Positions 16,098 through 26,027 of a stretch of DNA of 27,828 nt are shown piece by piece; position 1 is the first letter of the stretch, and the number at the start of each line of letters is the position of its first letter. The DNA is from Patescibacteria group bacterium (GTDB lineage: Bacteria > Patescibacteriota > Dojkabacteria > SC72 > T1SED10-24). The notes under the pieces are model-generated. The model ran no database searches. It worked only from the letters and a program-made list of their open reading frames with translations, and was not told the DNA's origin. The stretch spans positions 1 to 27,828 of the forward strand of contig SLHS01000035.1 in assembly GCA_007136035.1 (NCBI GenBank), in the 5' to 3' direction. The position numbers were made by a program, and so were the translations under genes.

Positions 16098-16124
16098 ACC
16101 CAATAATATCAATAATTCAAATAT

Positions 16125-16598
16125 CTACAACTCTGGCAAATTTTCGACATCATCTTCTAAATCCTCATCTTCCTGATCCAATACATCCAACGCTGCTTCA
16201 AAATCATCACCCAAATCTCCAACATAAGTTCTTCTTCCATCTTCATCCTCTTCCTCTGGAAAAATTTCAGCTAATTCAACATCATCACTAGCCTGACCAG
16301 ATTCTTCTTCAACACCAAACTCTTCCGTTTCCTCCCCAGAAACAGAATCATCAAATTGCATAGTACCTACTTTCTTTTCTGGAAGTTTCCTCTTTTCTGC
16401 TTCATTTAAATTATCTAAATATTCATTTGCTTCATCCCCATACAATTCCGCTACTTGTATAACCCTCATTGGAGCATTACAATCTTTGCACATTTTCACC
16501 TCATCTACCTCTTCACCACAATTAGAACAAGAATAGTGCACAACGTGGATACTAACTAAGGGCTTCATAACTTGTTTCTTTGTCCTCTTTGATTCCAA
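16125..16598 (-). CDS. Zn-ribbon protein with very acidic C-terminal tail
   Basis: CSNC-x9-CKDC near the N-terminus; 32 of the last 70 residues are D/E. Start is TTG 16598 or ATG 16568. Confidence 0.78.
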   Translation of the reverse strand: MESKRTKKQVMKPLVSIHVVHYSCSNCGEEVDEVKMCKDCNAPMRVIQVAELYGDEANEYLDNLNEAEKRKLPEKKVGTMQFDDSVSGEETEEFGVEEESGQASDDVELAEIFPEEEDEDGRRTYVGDLGDDFEAALDVLDQEDEDLEDDVENLPEL

Positions 16599-16628
16599 AA
16601 ACAGGAAGCATAATTAAAATATACTTAC

Positions 16629-16657
16629 AGAATAATACACTTTAATTATATAGTCAA
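16629..16657 (-). promoter_or_regulatory. Promoter TTGACT-N17-TATTCT
   Basis: -35 at 16657-16652 and -10 at 16634-16629, in the secA/Zn-ribbon intergenic region. Confidence 0.6.
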
Positions 16658-16681
16658 TAAACCCTATAAAAAAGGAAAGCA

Positions 16682-19624
16682 CTAGCCGTACTTGGGGTAA
16701 CAACACTTCTTGTATTTTTTACCACTATCACATGGACACGGTTCATTACGTCCTACTTTTACAGCTTTTTTAACAGGTTCCGTTCTTTTTTCCTTGTCTG
16801 GTTTCAATGTTCCATATGATTGTATCTCTTTCTTCAATGTATCCATATTAGAAACTGGTAGTTCTTCTTTTCTTACCACTCGAACTTTAAAGAATCTCGT
16901 AACAATAGCATTATCAATATTATTTAACATCTCTTCAAACAAACGAAATCCTTCATTCTTGTACTCTACCAAAGGATCTTTTTGAGCAATATTTCTAAGC
17001 GAAATACCTTCCCTTAAATCAGTCATTGTATCTAAATGCTGCATCCAAAATTGATCAATTGTCTGTAATACAAGATGTCTCGAAAACTCGCTAGTCGCTT
17101 TTGAGCCAATGTAATGGAGATGATGGATAAATCCTACTACGGCAAGTAAAACATAGCTGTTTAATTGTCTAATACTATCTTGTTCTTTAGTTGCTTCTCT
17201 AAAAAATTCCGTTGAGTCTTTGTAACCTAGAGATTTACAAGCAATTTCTGTCAATTCTTCGGTCAACATAGATTTTAACTGAGCAACAGTTTTTCTTTCC
17301 TCCACATTATCAATTTGCATATCATCAGAAAGTTGAGCAGAAATTACAAAACGGATATTTTCAATAATTTTTTTTAAAATCCATAAACTAAGAGGATTAT
17401 TTACCAAAGGATATTTTTCAAAGGAATCTATTTTCCAAGTAGATTCATCTCTTAATGAGAACCTATCTAGTTCACTCATCACCTTACTTACATCAAGATT
17501 TTTAAGATATTTTTTGTTAAATTTAACAACTCTACCAGTATCCAAAGATTCAATAATGTAAAGAATTTTTCTTCTAAGCCCATAAATTATTTCTCTTTGC
17601 TGATTAAGTACGTCATCATATTCCACTAATCTTTTTCGAATATCATAATTACGTCCCTCTACCTTCTTTTGGGCTGATTCTATTGATTTACCCAAAACTC
17701 CAACAGAAATAGGCATACTATCATCCATACCTACTTTACCCATAATATTTCCGACATTATCTCCACCAAAAAGTCTCATCAACTCGTCTTCAAAAGAAAC
17801 ATAGAATCTAGACTTGCCTGGATCTCCTTGTCTACCTGAACGACCTCTCAACTGATTATCAATACGTCTTGATTCATGTCTTTCAGAACCTATTATGAAA
17901 AGACCACCTAGCTCTTTAACACCCTCACCTAAAGCAATATCTGTACCTCGACCTGCCATATTAGTGGCAATAGTCACTTGTTCCTTTTGACCAGCCTTAG
18001 AAACAATACTCGCCTCACTTTCATGATGCTTTGCATTCAAAACACTATGCTCCACACCTTCTTTTGAAAGCATATCAGAAAGTACTTCAGATTTTTCAAC
18101 AGAAGTTGTACCAACAAGGATTGGTTGTCCTTTAGCATTATGCTCTTTAATATCCTCAACTATCGCTTTGAATTTACCCATTTGGGTTCTAAAAACAGAA
18201 TCTGGTTGATCATCTCGAATAATTGGTTTGTTAGGAGGTATAACTACAGTATCTAGTTTGTAAATTTTAGAAAATTCCTCCGCTTCCGTTAAAGCAGTTC
18301 CTGTCATACCAGCAAGATAGTCATAGAGACGAAAATAATTCTGTAGAGTTATAGTTGCAAGAGTAATAGATTCTTTTTTAACTTCAACTCCTTCTTTAGC
18401 CTCAATAGCTTGATGAAGTCCCTCACTATATCTTCTACCCTGAAGAACTCTACCAGTAAATTCATCAACTATCAGGACTTCACCATTTCGAACCATATAT
18501 TCATCATCTTTTTTGTAAAGCTCTTTAGCTTTAAGAGCATTTTCCAAATGATATGCAAATATTGCATCCTCATATACATTCTCCTTGTTTAAAAGTTTTT
18601 CAACACGATCAATTCCTTCATCATTTAAAGAAACAGCATGAGATTTTTCATCAACAACATAATCTCTCTCATTTTCTAACTGACGCACTAATCTTGCAAA
18701 TTGCTTATACATTTCATTTGAGTCTTCAGCACCTTGAGAAATTATAAGGGGGGTTCTAGCTTCATCGATTAAGATTGAGTCAGCCTCATCAACTATTGCA
18801 TAATGTAAAGGACCTTGTACCCTCTCCCTAAAACTTCTAGCCATATTATCTCGCAGATAGTCAAAACCAAACTCATTGTTAGTACCATAAACAATATCAC
18901 AAGCATAGGCTTCGTGCTTTGTACACTCAATTAAATTCACCCCACTCATTTGATCATATTTCATAAGACCTCTTTCTTCCATTTTCTTTTTTCTTTCGGC
19001 TATCAAATCCTTACCTTCCTTACCCTTTAGCTTTGCAGCTTCGTCATCAGGAATAAATTTAAATTGTACTCCTGAATTAATAACGCCAACACTAATTCCA
19101 AGAGCATTTAAAATATGACCATTCCATTCTGCATCTCTTCTAGCAAGATAATCATTTACTGTGACAACATGAGCACCTTTTCCAGTTAAAGCATACATAT
19201 ACAAAGGCAAGTTAGCTGCAAGAGTTTTTCCTTCACCTGTAAAAAGCTCAACTATTTTGTTTTCAAAAAGAAAATACCCTGCCATTAATTGAACATCAAA
19301 GTGTCTATGACCTGCAACTCTCTTTGATGCTTCACGAACAACCGCAAATGCTTCTGGAAGAATTTCTCGTAACTGAGTTTTTCTTTTTTCCAATTGAACA
19401 GAGTTCTTTTCCTTAGTAGCATCAACAAGAATATTTTGCTGTGTTCTGGCTTCTTCTAAAATAACACCCAAAGTTTTTCTAAACTTTGAAGTTTTTTCCA
19501 TCAACTTTTCATCAGAGAGTTTTGATATTTTCTCTTCTAAATCATTAATTTCTTTAATTAATGGCTCTATCTTTTTCAGTTGTTTTTCATTTGAGTCAAA
19601 AAGACCTGAGAGGAAATTAAACAT
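16682..19624 (-). CDS. secA: Preprotein translocase ATPase SecA with C-terminal SEC-C motif
   Basis: TGEGKT, VTVNDYLARRD, YGTNNEFGFDYLRDN, IVDEADSILIDEARTPLIIS, ATNMAGRGTD, RRIDNQLRGRSGRQGDPG, GRNEPCPCDSGKKYKKCC. Likely start MFNFL (19624); the ORF track starts at 19651. Confidence 0.98.
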   Translation of the reverse strand: MFNFLSGLFDSNEKQLKKIEPLIKEINDLEEKISKLSDEKLMEKTSKFRKTLGVILEEARTQQNILVDATKEKNSVQLEKRKTQLREILPEAFAVVREASKRVAGHRHFDVQLMAGYFLFENKIVELFTGEGKTLAANLPLYMYALTGKGAHVVTVNDYLARRDAEWNGHILNALGISVGVINSGVQFKFIPDDEAAKLKGKEGKDLIAERKKKMEERGLMKYDQMSGVNLIECTKHEAYACDIVYGTNNEFGFDYLRDNMARSFRERVQGPLHYAIVDEADSILIDEARTPLIISQGAEDSNEMYKQFARLVRQLENERDYVVDEKSHAVSLNDEGIDRVEKLLNKENVYEDAIFAYHLENALKAKELYKKDDEYMVRNGEVLIVDEFTGRVLQGRRYSEGLHQAIEAKEGVEVKKESITLATITLQNYFRLYDYLAGMTGTALTEAEEFSKIYKLDTVVIPPNKPIIRDDQPDSVFRTQMGKFKAIVEDIKEHNAKGQPILVGTTSVEKSEVLSDMLSKEGVEHSVLNAKHHESEASIVSKAGQKEQVTIATNMAGRGTDIALGEGVKELGGLFIIGSERHESRRIDNQLRGRSGRQGDPGKSRFYVSFEDELMRLFGGDNVGNIMGKVGMDDSMPISVGVLGKSIESAQKKVEGRNYDIRKRLVEYDDVLNQQREIIYGLRRKILYIIESLDTGRVVKFNKKYLKNLDVSKVMSELDRFSLRDESTWKIDSFEKYPLVNNPLSLWILKKIIENIRFVISAQLSDDMQIDNVEERKTVAQLKSMLTEELTEIACKSLGYKDSTEFFREATKEQDSIRQLNSYVLLAVVGFIHHLHYIGSKATSEFSRHLVLQTIDQFWMQHLDTMTDLREGISLRNIAQKDPLVEYKNEGFRLFEEMLNNIDNAIVTRFFKVRVVRKEELPVSNMDTLKKEIQSYGTLKPDKEKRTEPVKKAVKVGRNEPCPCDSGKKYKKCCYPKYG

Positions 19625-19631
19625 AAATTTG

Positions 19632-19637
19632 ATTATA
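19632..19637 (-). promoter_or_regulatory. -10 box TATAAT 7 nt before the secA ATG
   Basis: TATAAT-caaattt-ATG on the minus strand; the -35 is weak (TGTAAA). Confidence 0.55.
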
Positions 19638-19737
19638 CAAGTTATATCCAAAAATTTACAGAGTTTTCAGAAGATTTAAAATTTCTTTTCAGATTCCACA
19701 GCTATTCTTAAAGCAACTAACTTCATAGGGACAAATT

Positions 19738-21885
19738 TTGAAAAAATATTTACTAGCAATAATTCTAACAATACTATGTTCTGCACAAACACATGCATCC
19801 ACAGAAGGAAGGATCTTTTTAGAAGTGAAGGATGGGAAAACAAACTTAGAAAAAATTTACCAAAGAGGTATTAAAGAAGAAAATCTTAGAAAAGCACTTT
19901 TATACACTGGAGAATTTTTAGATATCTCTGAAGATTTAAAAAGAAAATTAAGGGATGAAGAAAAAACACTCGAAATAGATATTAATCCTGAACCTGGAAA
20001 AAATCCATTTGTAAAAATACTCTACTCTTTCAACAACCCTCCTGAAATAGAATTACTTTCTCCAAAAAATGGTTCTTTAACAGAAAGCAATGAAGTTCTT
20101 TTAGAATGGAAGGGGAAGGATTACGATGGGAAATTTTTAGAATATTCTGCTGAAATATATAAAGACAAGGAGTTAGTTAAAAAAACTTCTTGGTCTTTAC
20201 AAAATTATCATAGTATCAATTTAAAGAGCGGGGAGTATTTTTGGAAAGTATATGTTAGAGACAATAGTTTTTTAAATAATGTTGTGATTTCTCAAACATT
20301 TAGCTTTGAAATTTACAAAGAACCTCTACTAGAACCTCAAATTGTTTTTCCAAAAAATGGTTTTTTAACAAATGAGAAACAAATTAATTTTGTAGCAAAA
20401 ACAAATGATGAAGTAATTAATCAAATTTTTCTAAATAATAAGCTATTAAAAGAAACAGTTTCAAGTGAAATTGATATCAAAATTGACCTTTTAAAAGAGG
20501 GGAAGAATGTTATTAAAATAATATCTTTAAGAAACGAAGAAAAAGCAAAAAAAACAGTTACATTTCAAACAAAATGGACTCCTCCAAGTAAGCCTGATTT
20601 TGAGTTCAAACTTGAAGGAGAGGAAGTATTTTTACGAATTAAAAACGAAGATTACACAAAAGCATATATATACATTGATTATGAATTTTTTAAAGAAATA
20701 GGCAAAACCTCTAATTGGATTTCTCTAGGACAAGAAATCTACGGAGAAACAAAAATCGGAGTTATACTCGAAGATGAATTTGGAAACAAAACAGAAATTC
20801 TCTACAAAAACTTCGTACCTGAAGATGAAGTTTTAGGAATCGGAAGCTCTGGTAGTCAGTTACCTAATCCACTAATCCCAAATCCTAGCATTTGTATGTA
20901 CAAATATAACAGTACACGTAAACGTTTCGAGGGAAGAAGATGTAATATAACTGCACCTAGAATTCTAACAGTCGAGAATATCAACCAAAATAATAATTAT
21001 AGTGTGAGTATCGTAGGAGTCTATAATCCTGATATGTTAATTTTAATTGATGAATACAAATGTACATTACCAATAGTGTGTAACGAAAAATTTGTCAAAA
21101 GAACCAGATTTATTACAAGCCCATATACTGCAATTAACGTTCACCTTAACGAGAGTTTTAAAAAAGTAAATGAATTTAGAAAAATCAACAAATATTTTTT
21201 TGCAACTAGATTCATCGAAAGAAACAATCCTATAGGCAAAAGAACAAACCTAAGATACCATATAAATCATGGGATTAGGTATGATGAGAATTGGATCAAT
21301 ATTAATTTCCTTTCACCATACTCAAACACTAGAGCTATTCCACCAGCCAGAAAAATCTCAAATAATACATCAAGCAGAATTTTTCGATTTCCATTTTCAA
21401 GAAATATCGGAGTTACACAATGGCACGGATATACAGCTTTTCAATCACCACACACCGGCATCGATTTTGGATCTTACAGGGAACCTATATATGCAGTTGG
21501 AAACGGAATTATTCGCGAAGCAAAGTGGGATGATTATGCAGGAGTTTGTCTTAGTGGAGGATATTTTGTAAGGATTGAGCATGATAACGGCATGAATAGC
21601 GTATATCTTCACTTAGAAAACTTTAGAAAAAGTAATGGTAGAAACTGGAGAGTTGGAGAAAGAATAAGAAGGGGAGAATTGATAGGGCGAAGTGGAAATA
21701 CCGGTGCGTTCAATTGCCAACCGCTAGGATATCATTTACATTTTGAACTCAGAAAAAATCATCTTCAAAGAAATCACGTAAATCCAGTTCCTTACATAAA
21801 TGTAAACTGGGATAACATACCAACATTAAATCATACAACATACCCTGATAGATTAACTGGAAACAATCCTCATCCAACATGGTAG
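19738..21885 (+). CDS. Secreted M23-family metallopeptidase with N-terminal Ig/FN3-like domains
   Basis: TTG start with AGGGA upstream; signal peptide ending THA; Ig-like PEIELLSP...YFWKVYVRD and EGKNVIKI; C-terminal HTGIDFG, YLHL and HLHFE (HxxxD, HxH zinc ligands). Confidence 0.88.
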   Translation: MKKYLLAIILTILCSAQTHASTEGRIFLEVKDGKTNLEKIYQRGIKEENLRKALLYTGEFLDISEDLKRKLRDEEKTLEIDINPEPGKNPFVKILYSFNNPPEIELLSPKNGSLTESNEVLLEWKGKDYDGKFLEYSAEIYKDKELVKKTSWSLQNYHSINLKSGEYFWKVYVRDNSFLNNVVISQTFSFEIYKEPLLEPQIVFPKNGFLTNEKQINFVAKTNDEVINQIFLNNKLLKETVSSEIDIKIDLLKEGKNVIKIISLRNEEKAKKTVTFQTKWTPPSKPDFEFKLEGEEVFLRIKNEDYTKAYIYIDYEFFKEIGKTSNWISLGQEIYGETKIGVILEDEFGNKTEILYKNFVPEDEVLGIGSSGSQLPNPLIPNPSICMYKYNSTRKRFEGRRCNITAPRILTVENINQNNNYSVSIVGVYNPDMLILIDEYKCTLPIVCNEKFVKRTRFITSPYTAINVHLNESFKKVNEFRKINKYFFATRFIERNNPIGKRTNLRYHINHGIRYDENWININFLSPYSNTRAIPPARKISNNTSSRIFRFPFSRNIGVTQWHGYTAFQSPHTGIDFGSYREPIYAVGNGIIREAKWDDYAGVCLSGGYFVRIEHDNGMNSVYLHLENFRKSNGRNWRVGERIRRGELIGRSGNTGAFNCQPLGYHLHFELRKNHLQRNHVNPVPYINVNWDNIPTLNHTTYPDRLTGNNPHPTW

Positions 21886-22592
21886 ACATTAAAAAAACCA
21901 CAATTTTGAAAATGTTCATATTTACTTCTCTACTAATTCTTTTTTTAATTTCATCCCTAATATTTTTCAAGAAAAATGAATTACCTATTAAAGAAGAAAA
22001 TATATTATTTCACCTTTATGAAATACAAAATCCAGACCAAATACTTTGGTATAAAGAGGAATTTTTTGTCACAAAGGATAGCAAGATCAAAAAATTAAAT
22101 ATTGAGAAAAGAACTCTCGAAGATTTTAAAGCTATCAAACAAAATCAAATTCTAGGAATTTACAAAGACGAACTTGTTCTAATGGAATACGAGAACTATA
22201 TTATAACCACACCGGAAGAAAATGCTACAGATATTGTAATTTTAAATTTGGAAGAAGAAGAAATTTTCTCCAAAAGTTTTCACGAAACTATAAAACCTTT
22301 GTATATAAAAGATAATTTCTTGTTTTTAATTGATAACTATCTAAATTCTCCAGAAAGAACTTACAGGGTTAATTTAGAAAAAGGAGAAATAGAATTTGTA
22401 AAAATTGAAACACAATTGATTCTAGAAGGAGATGAGAAAATTGAAGTTCTAGATAAGGATAATAATCTCCTTTTCAATATACCGAAAGTGAATGATATAA
22501 TGTCATTCAGTGTTAACGAAAATTTAGATAAAATTGCCCTAATAGATACACAGGGAACTATTTGGATATTTTTAAAAAATCCAAATAATTAG
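21879..22592 (+). CDS. Membrane-anchored hypothetical protein, possibly partial beta-propeller
   Basis: N-terminal TM followed by short beta-strand-like blocks; overlaps the M23 stop by 7 nt, suggesting coupling. Confidence 0.7.
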   Translation: MVDIKKTTILKMFIFTSLLILFLISSLIFFKKNELPIKEENILFHLYEIQNPDQILWYKEEFFVTKDSKIKKLNIEKRTLEDFKAIKQNQILGIYKDELVLMEYENYIITTPEENATDIVILNLEEEEIFSKSFHETIKPLYIKDNFLFLIDNYLNSPERTYRVNLEKGEIEFVKIETQLILEGDEKIEVLDKDNNLLFNIPKVNDIMSFSVNENLDKIALIDTQGTIWIFLKNPNN

Positions 22593-23069
22593 AAAAGCAA
22601 AAATAATTCCAAAACACAAAAATACCTTCAAAGCTATAGACAATATTATTCCAAGAAAGGAACCAGTACCAGCTCTAATAGCGTCACCTTTTTCTCTTTT
22701 TGCAACTAAATATTCTAAGGCAAAAGCCCCTAGAAATGGTCCCATTATTAAACCTGGCAAGCTAAAAAAAACAAATCCCAAAAAAGCACCAGCTACTCCA
22801 CCAAGCATACCCCATTTACCACCACCATATTTTTTTGCAGCAAGAGGAATTACAAGATTATCAATCAATGTGACAATTAAAGCTAAAAAGAACGTCAAAA
22901 TCAAAAACCAAAGAGGTATTTCAACCAATCCACGAACTATAGCTGTGAGAAGAATACCTGCCCAAATTAACCAAACCCCTGGTAAATTTACAAAAGTCAA
23001 AATTAAACCACCAAAAAGCAGTACAAAAACTGCCAAGAAAAAAAATACCTCACCTATTATTTCCCACAT
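22572..23069 (-). CDS. DUF456-family membrane protein
   Basis: LPG after TM1, KKYGGGKWG, GG..GA..G, GLIMGPFLGAFALE, C-terminal ALKVFL: the DUF456 pattern. Confidence 0.85.
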   Translation of the reverse strand: MWEIIGEVFFFLAVFVLLFGGLILTFVNLPGVWLIWAGILLTAIVRGLVEIPLWFLILTFFLALIVTLIDNLVIPLAAKKYGGGKWGMLGGVAGAFLGFVFFSLPGLIMGPFLGAFALEYLVAKREKGDAIRAGTGSFLGIILSIALKVFLCFGIIFAFLIIWIF

Positions 23070-24259
23070 AAACTTTTAAAAACTTCATAAGTTATGTTTC
23101 CCGTTTTCTCCCAATTATACCTCAAAGATCTTTCATATCCTTTTTGAGCGATATCATTTGTAAAATTTTCAGCAATGAAAGTTTTAAACAAAACCTCACC
23201 CACTTGTTTTTCTCGAGTACCATCTACAAATATACCCCCATCACCAATCACCTCTTTGTAAATATCACTCTCATGAACAACAACAGGAGTTTTACTACGC
23301 ATTGCCTCAACAACAGAAATACCAAAACCCTCATAAAGAGATAAGTGTATGAAAGCGAAAGAATTTTTCAAAAGAGAATATCTTTGTTCATCTTCATAGA
23401 ATCCTGTAAAAATTACCTTGTCCTCGATTTCTAGCTCTTTAATTAAATCCTGAATTTCTTGAACTTCAGGTTTTTCACTTTTTACAAAATCTCCACCAGC
23501 AATTACAAGATATGGACAATCCGAAAAAGTCATATCTTTTTTTTCTTGAAGATTATTTAAAAATTCATAATAGCCCTTGATAACTCCAATAGAATTCTTA
23601 CTTTTATTTATACCTCCTCCCAAATAAATAAGGTATTTTTTCTCAAAAGCATCAGAGGGTAAAAGTTTTGAAACATCTACTTCCTTTTCTTCAATATCAA
23701 CACCCAAATGAGAAACTACAACTTTCTGCTCAGGATATCGTGGGAAATATTTTAGAAAATCTTTCTTTGTAGCGTTTGAATTACAAAGTATTTTCTTACA
23801 AAAACGAGCTCTTCTCATAGTTCTCCAATATTGTATTTTGCGAAAAAAGTTAAAAAACTTCCCCTTTTGAGAATACATATTAAAACGTGGGAGATTCATA
23901 TCATGTACAAAGAGGACTGTTTTTAAAGAAAAAACTGGGAAATTTCTCCAAAAATATGGACAAAAATATATACTGCCTTTCTTTTTCTCTCTACGAATCA
24001 CCGAAAGGAATTGACTTGCATACCAGAAATTATTCAAATAGTTGTTGGATCTAAACTTACCTACTCTAGCAACTTTGCAATTTTTGAAATCGTTGAGATA
24101 ATTATCAAGAGTAGATTCTTTTCCATCAAAAAGTAAGACAGAAATTTCTAAGTTAGAGTGATTTTTCAAAAGAGAAAGAACGATATTTTTCGTATACTGT
24201 CCTATTCCATGGAAAGCCATTTCGTCCTGTGTTGTAGTCGCATCTATAATTACATGCAT
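23057..24259 (-). CDS. GT4 glycosyltransferase, MtfB/mannosyltransferase-like
   Basis: VIIDAT...GIGQY, FVHDM, CNSNATKKD, HLSLYEGFGISVVEAM. Confidence 0.9.
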   Translation of the reverse strand: MHVIIDATTTQDEMAFHGIGQYTKNIVLSLLKNHSNLEISVLLFDGKESTLDNYLNDFKNCKVARVGKFRSNNYLNNFWYASQFLSVIRREKKKGSIYFCPYFWRNFPVFSLKTVLFVHDMNLPRFNMYSQKGKFFNFFRKIQYWRTMRRARFCKKILCNSNATKKDFLKYFPRYPEQKVVVSHLGVDIEEKEVDVSKLLPSDAFEKKYLIYLGGGINKSKNSIGVIKGYYEFLNNLQEKKDMTFSDCPYLVIAGGDFVKSEKPEVQEIQDLIKELEIEDKVIFTGFYEDEQRYSLLKNSFAFIHLSLYEGFGISVVEAMRSKTPVVVHESDIYKEVIGDGGIFVDGTREKQVGEVLFKTFIAENFTNDIAQKGYERSLRYNWEKTGNITYEVFKSLCGK

Positions 24260-24260
24260 A

Positions 24261-26027
24261 TTACAATTCTAACACTTTTATGACATAAAGTGTTTTGTTT
24301 TTTAAAGAAATTTCTTTTTCAAGTTCTAACCAATCAACATCCCAAAAAACTTCTACTTCATCATTTTTCAATACAACATACCCTATTCTAGATATATCGT
24401 AACGTTCCACTTGTCTTTTTAAACGTTGTTCATCTCTAACTACAAACTTGTAAGTGTTTGCATTGCCAAGATTTTTCAAGTGCTCTTTTCTTGGGATCCA
24501 ATCACGAAGTTTCCATCTGAATTCTGGTTCGAAATCAGTATCTTTTCTGTAAACAAGAGGGAGAAGATCCCAACCTGGATCACTTAAAAATATATTTTCA
24601 TCTTCATCAAAATACTCCATTACCTCAACTACTTCATAATCTTTACCCCAATTAAGATATTGATATATCTGCCCTCTAGCATAGAAGAAATACATTACTA
24701 CTCCAAATGAGAAAAACGAAATTATTAGGATTAAAACAATCTTGAGAAAATATCTCCTTTGTTCCCAAAAAAGATATACAAGATAAAGTAGAGAGACAAC
24801 CAAATTTAAAATCACTTTTTGCCAGACATATTCCTCTTCAAAAAACAGCCCTGCTGTAGTCAATACTAAAGTTACCAAAACTATCGTAAGAAAAGCCTTC
24901 CTGTTTTTAACAAGGTCTTTCAAAAACATCAGGAAGAAAATTATGACTATTGGAGTTATGGGGAAAATATACCTGGTAAAAGATGACTTTACTACAAAGA
25001 TGAGAGCGTAGAAGAAAAGCATAAAGGTAAAAGCAATTAAATCGTATCTTTTTTGTTTTCGGAATTTAGGGAACAAAAAGAAACTAGTTAAAAAAGCAGG
25101 GAAGAAAATAATTTTTGGGATTGAAAGAAATGAAAAACTGTAAGGATACAAAAGTTTACCTATGTAAAGAATTATTGTGTTAAAAATATTTACAAAAACA
25201 TTCTCCTTCTCAACTTCATCCTCTACTGTTGTTTCAATTGTGGGAATTTGTCTTTGCTGCTCTGAACTCAGATTCCTAGTCGCTACTTCCGGTTCAAAAT
25301 GTCTTAAATGATATTCCACTCCAGATTCTGTAAGTCCTATGGTAGAAAGCAAAAATGTATTTATTGGTACAAGAGTTGTAAAAACCATCAGAACTATTAA
25401 AAGAGTTAATGGTAAAAAAGTTTTTACATTTTCAAGAACTATTTTTTTCCAATTACCCCACTCAGAAAAGAAAATGTATATCAAAAGCCCAGGAGCAATC
25501 ATCATCATTACATACTCCTTCGCATCAAGAACAAGTAGGAGTGATAATCCCAGCAACCAACGAGACTTTTCGTAAACAATACAGTACACAACAAGAAGTA
25601 AACACAACAAAACAGGTATTTCCCTCATGTATGTTGGATAGTTTAGTATGAATTGAAAATTTGTAAAAAGTAAAAGTACTCCTGCCAACGCCCAAAGGTT
25701 TGAGTGGAAAAGTTTTTGTAAAATTTTGTAAAAAATATACAGAGAAAAAACTCCCAAAATAATTGTCCAAACACTAGCGAGTATTAATGAAGGGCCAGTA
25801 AATATGAAAAGCAAAGCAACAGGAAGTTTAAAAAGGAATCCATGGATTCCAACAGCATAATTGCCAATCCACTGACCACTTTTCAAAACCTCAGTCATTA
25901 TCATTGTTTCTCTAAGATAGAGGTCATCGTCTAGAGTTGCGTTTTTGAAAAAGAGCATTGATATCCCAAAGGCAAAAGCTAGAATTAAAAAAATCCAAAT
26001 TCCTTTTTTTTCTAAAAATTCTCTCAT
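24261..26027 (-). CDS. GT-C (ArnT/PMT-like) polytopic glycosyltransferase
   Basis: TM1 followed by acidic loop TLDDDLY, GIHGFLFK, LLLVLDAKE, RYIFPI, about 12 TM segments and a C-terminal soluble domain. Confidence 0.8.
   Translation of the reverse strand: MREFLEKKGIWIFLILAFAFGISMLFFKNATLDDDLYLRETMIMTEVLKSGQWIGNYAVGIHGFLFKLPVALLFIFTGPSLILASVWTIILGVFSLYIFYKILQKLFHSNLWALAGVLLLFTNFQFILNYPTYMREIPVLLCLLLVVYCIVYEKSRWLLGLSLLLVLDAKEYVMMMIAPGLLIYIFFSEWGNWKKIVLENVKTFLPLTLLIVLMVFTTLVPINTFLLSTIGLTESGVEYHLRHFEPEVATRNLSSEQQRQIPTIETTVEDEVEKENVFVNIFNTIILYIGKLLYPYSFSFLSIPKIIFFPAFLTSFFLFPKFRKQKRYDLIAFTFMLFFYALIFVVKSSFTRYIFPITPIVIIFFLMFLKDLVKNRKAFLTIVLVTLVLTTAGLFFEEEYVWQKVILNLVVSLLYLVYLFWEQRRYFLKIVLILIISFFSFGVVMYFFYARGQIYQYLNWGKDYEVVEVMEYFDEDENIFLSDPGWDLLPLVYRKDTDFEPEFRWKLRDWIPRKEHLKNLGNANTYKFVVRDEQRLKRQVERYDISRIGYVVLKNDEVEVFWDVDWLELEKEISLKNKTLYVIKVLEL

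Noticed and set aside
14019-18747. Short ORFs inside or opposite the cohesin-like genes and secA (14019..14201, 14644..14913, 14918..15115, 16013..16291, 16710..16985, 18410..18592, 18553..18747)
   Set aside because: Alternative-frame or antisense shadows with no independent start signals.
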